A stretch of 64,000 bases of DNA from Squalus acanthias (lineage: Eukaryota), in NCBI GenBank assembly GCA_030390025.1, contig CM059432.1:96722001-96786000 (forward strand). Reading direction: 5' to 3'. Position numbers and translations under genes: made by a program. A model generated the notes under the pieces. The model was not told where the DNA came from and searched no databases. It was given only the letters and a program-made list of their open reading frames with translations. Below, piece after piece: positions 63,698-64,000 of this stretch (within the stretch, counting starts at the first letter, position 1; each line of letters opens with the position of its first letter).

Positions 63698-64000
63698 TTA
63701 CTGGTATCTCACTCGGATGAGCTCTTCACGGACAGGCCGACCAGAAAGGGGCTGTCTAGGTTGCCTCCTCCCTTCCTCTTCCTCCTCTTCCTCTTCCTCC
63801 TCTTCCTCCTGCCCCTCCTCTTCCTCAGCTGCTCGCAATATAGCTGGTGGCAAGGGCCATGCCCTCATGGTGGCGAGGTTGTGCAGCATGCAGCAGACCA
63901 CCATGAATCTTGACACCCCCTCTGTCGAGTACTGCAGGGCTCCTCCAAAGCGGTCCAGGTAGCGGAAGCATTCTTTCAGCAAGGCAATGGGCTGCTCTAT
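63698..64000 (-). pseudogene. HARBI1-like transposase C-terminus (partial)
   Basis: LKECFRYLDRFGGALQYS...VVCCMLHNLA, a poly-E tract and REELIRVRYQ*. Confidence 0.85.

Larger units (their letters stand above)
61505..64000 (-). mobile_element. Harbinger family C, older, truncated by the window end
   Basis: Myb/SANT remnant on + and transposase C-terminus on -, convergent; left end approximate. Confidence 0.82.

Noticed and set aside
1..64000. RNA-guided nuclease (TnpB/Fanzor/IscB) or CRISPR array
   Set aside because: No RuvC/zinc-finger ORF or repeat-spacer array is visible; all long ORFs are explained by CR1, L2, Penelope or Harbinger.

Overview
Eukaryotic, vertebrate-type DNA made almost entirely of transposable elements. 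The mix of CR1 and L2 LINEs, Penelope-like elements with hammerhead motifs and many PIF/Harbinger DNA transposons suggests a cartilaginous fish such as a shark (inference from repeat content only). I could not identify a host-gene exon, rRNA, true tRNA gene or CRISPR array. The dominant system is PIF/Harbinger, and family letters below are my own labels. There are two near-complete family A elements (16173-20175, 28177-33962) with a convergent HARBI1-like DDE transposase and a 3-exon Myb/SANT gene. A third two-gene element (family C) is cut by the window end. Family B elements keep the Myb/SANT gene but have lost the transposase core. About ten MITEs are also present. Main observations: (1) two pairs of related Harbinger-type elements sit tail-to-tail with 61 and 62 bp spacers; (2) an ACGT-core palindrome lies about 160-180 bp inside one end in several dissimilar families; (3) a fully open spliced 458-aa Myb/SANT gene sits beside a dead transposase; (4) family B Myb proteins carry variable RhxxhE heptad repeats; (5) a perfect 88-bp-arm palindrome carries a minimal hammerhead motif on each strand; (6) there is a four-level nest, Penelope > L2 > CR1 > Harbinger. 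All alignments and coordinates were read by eye.
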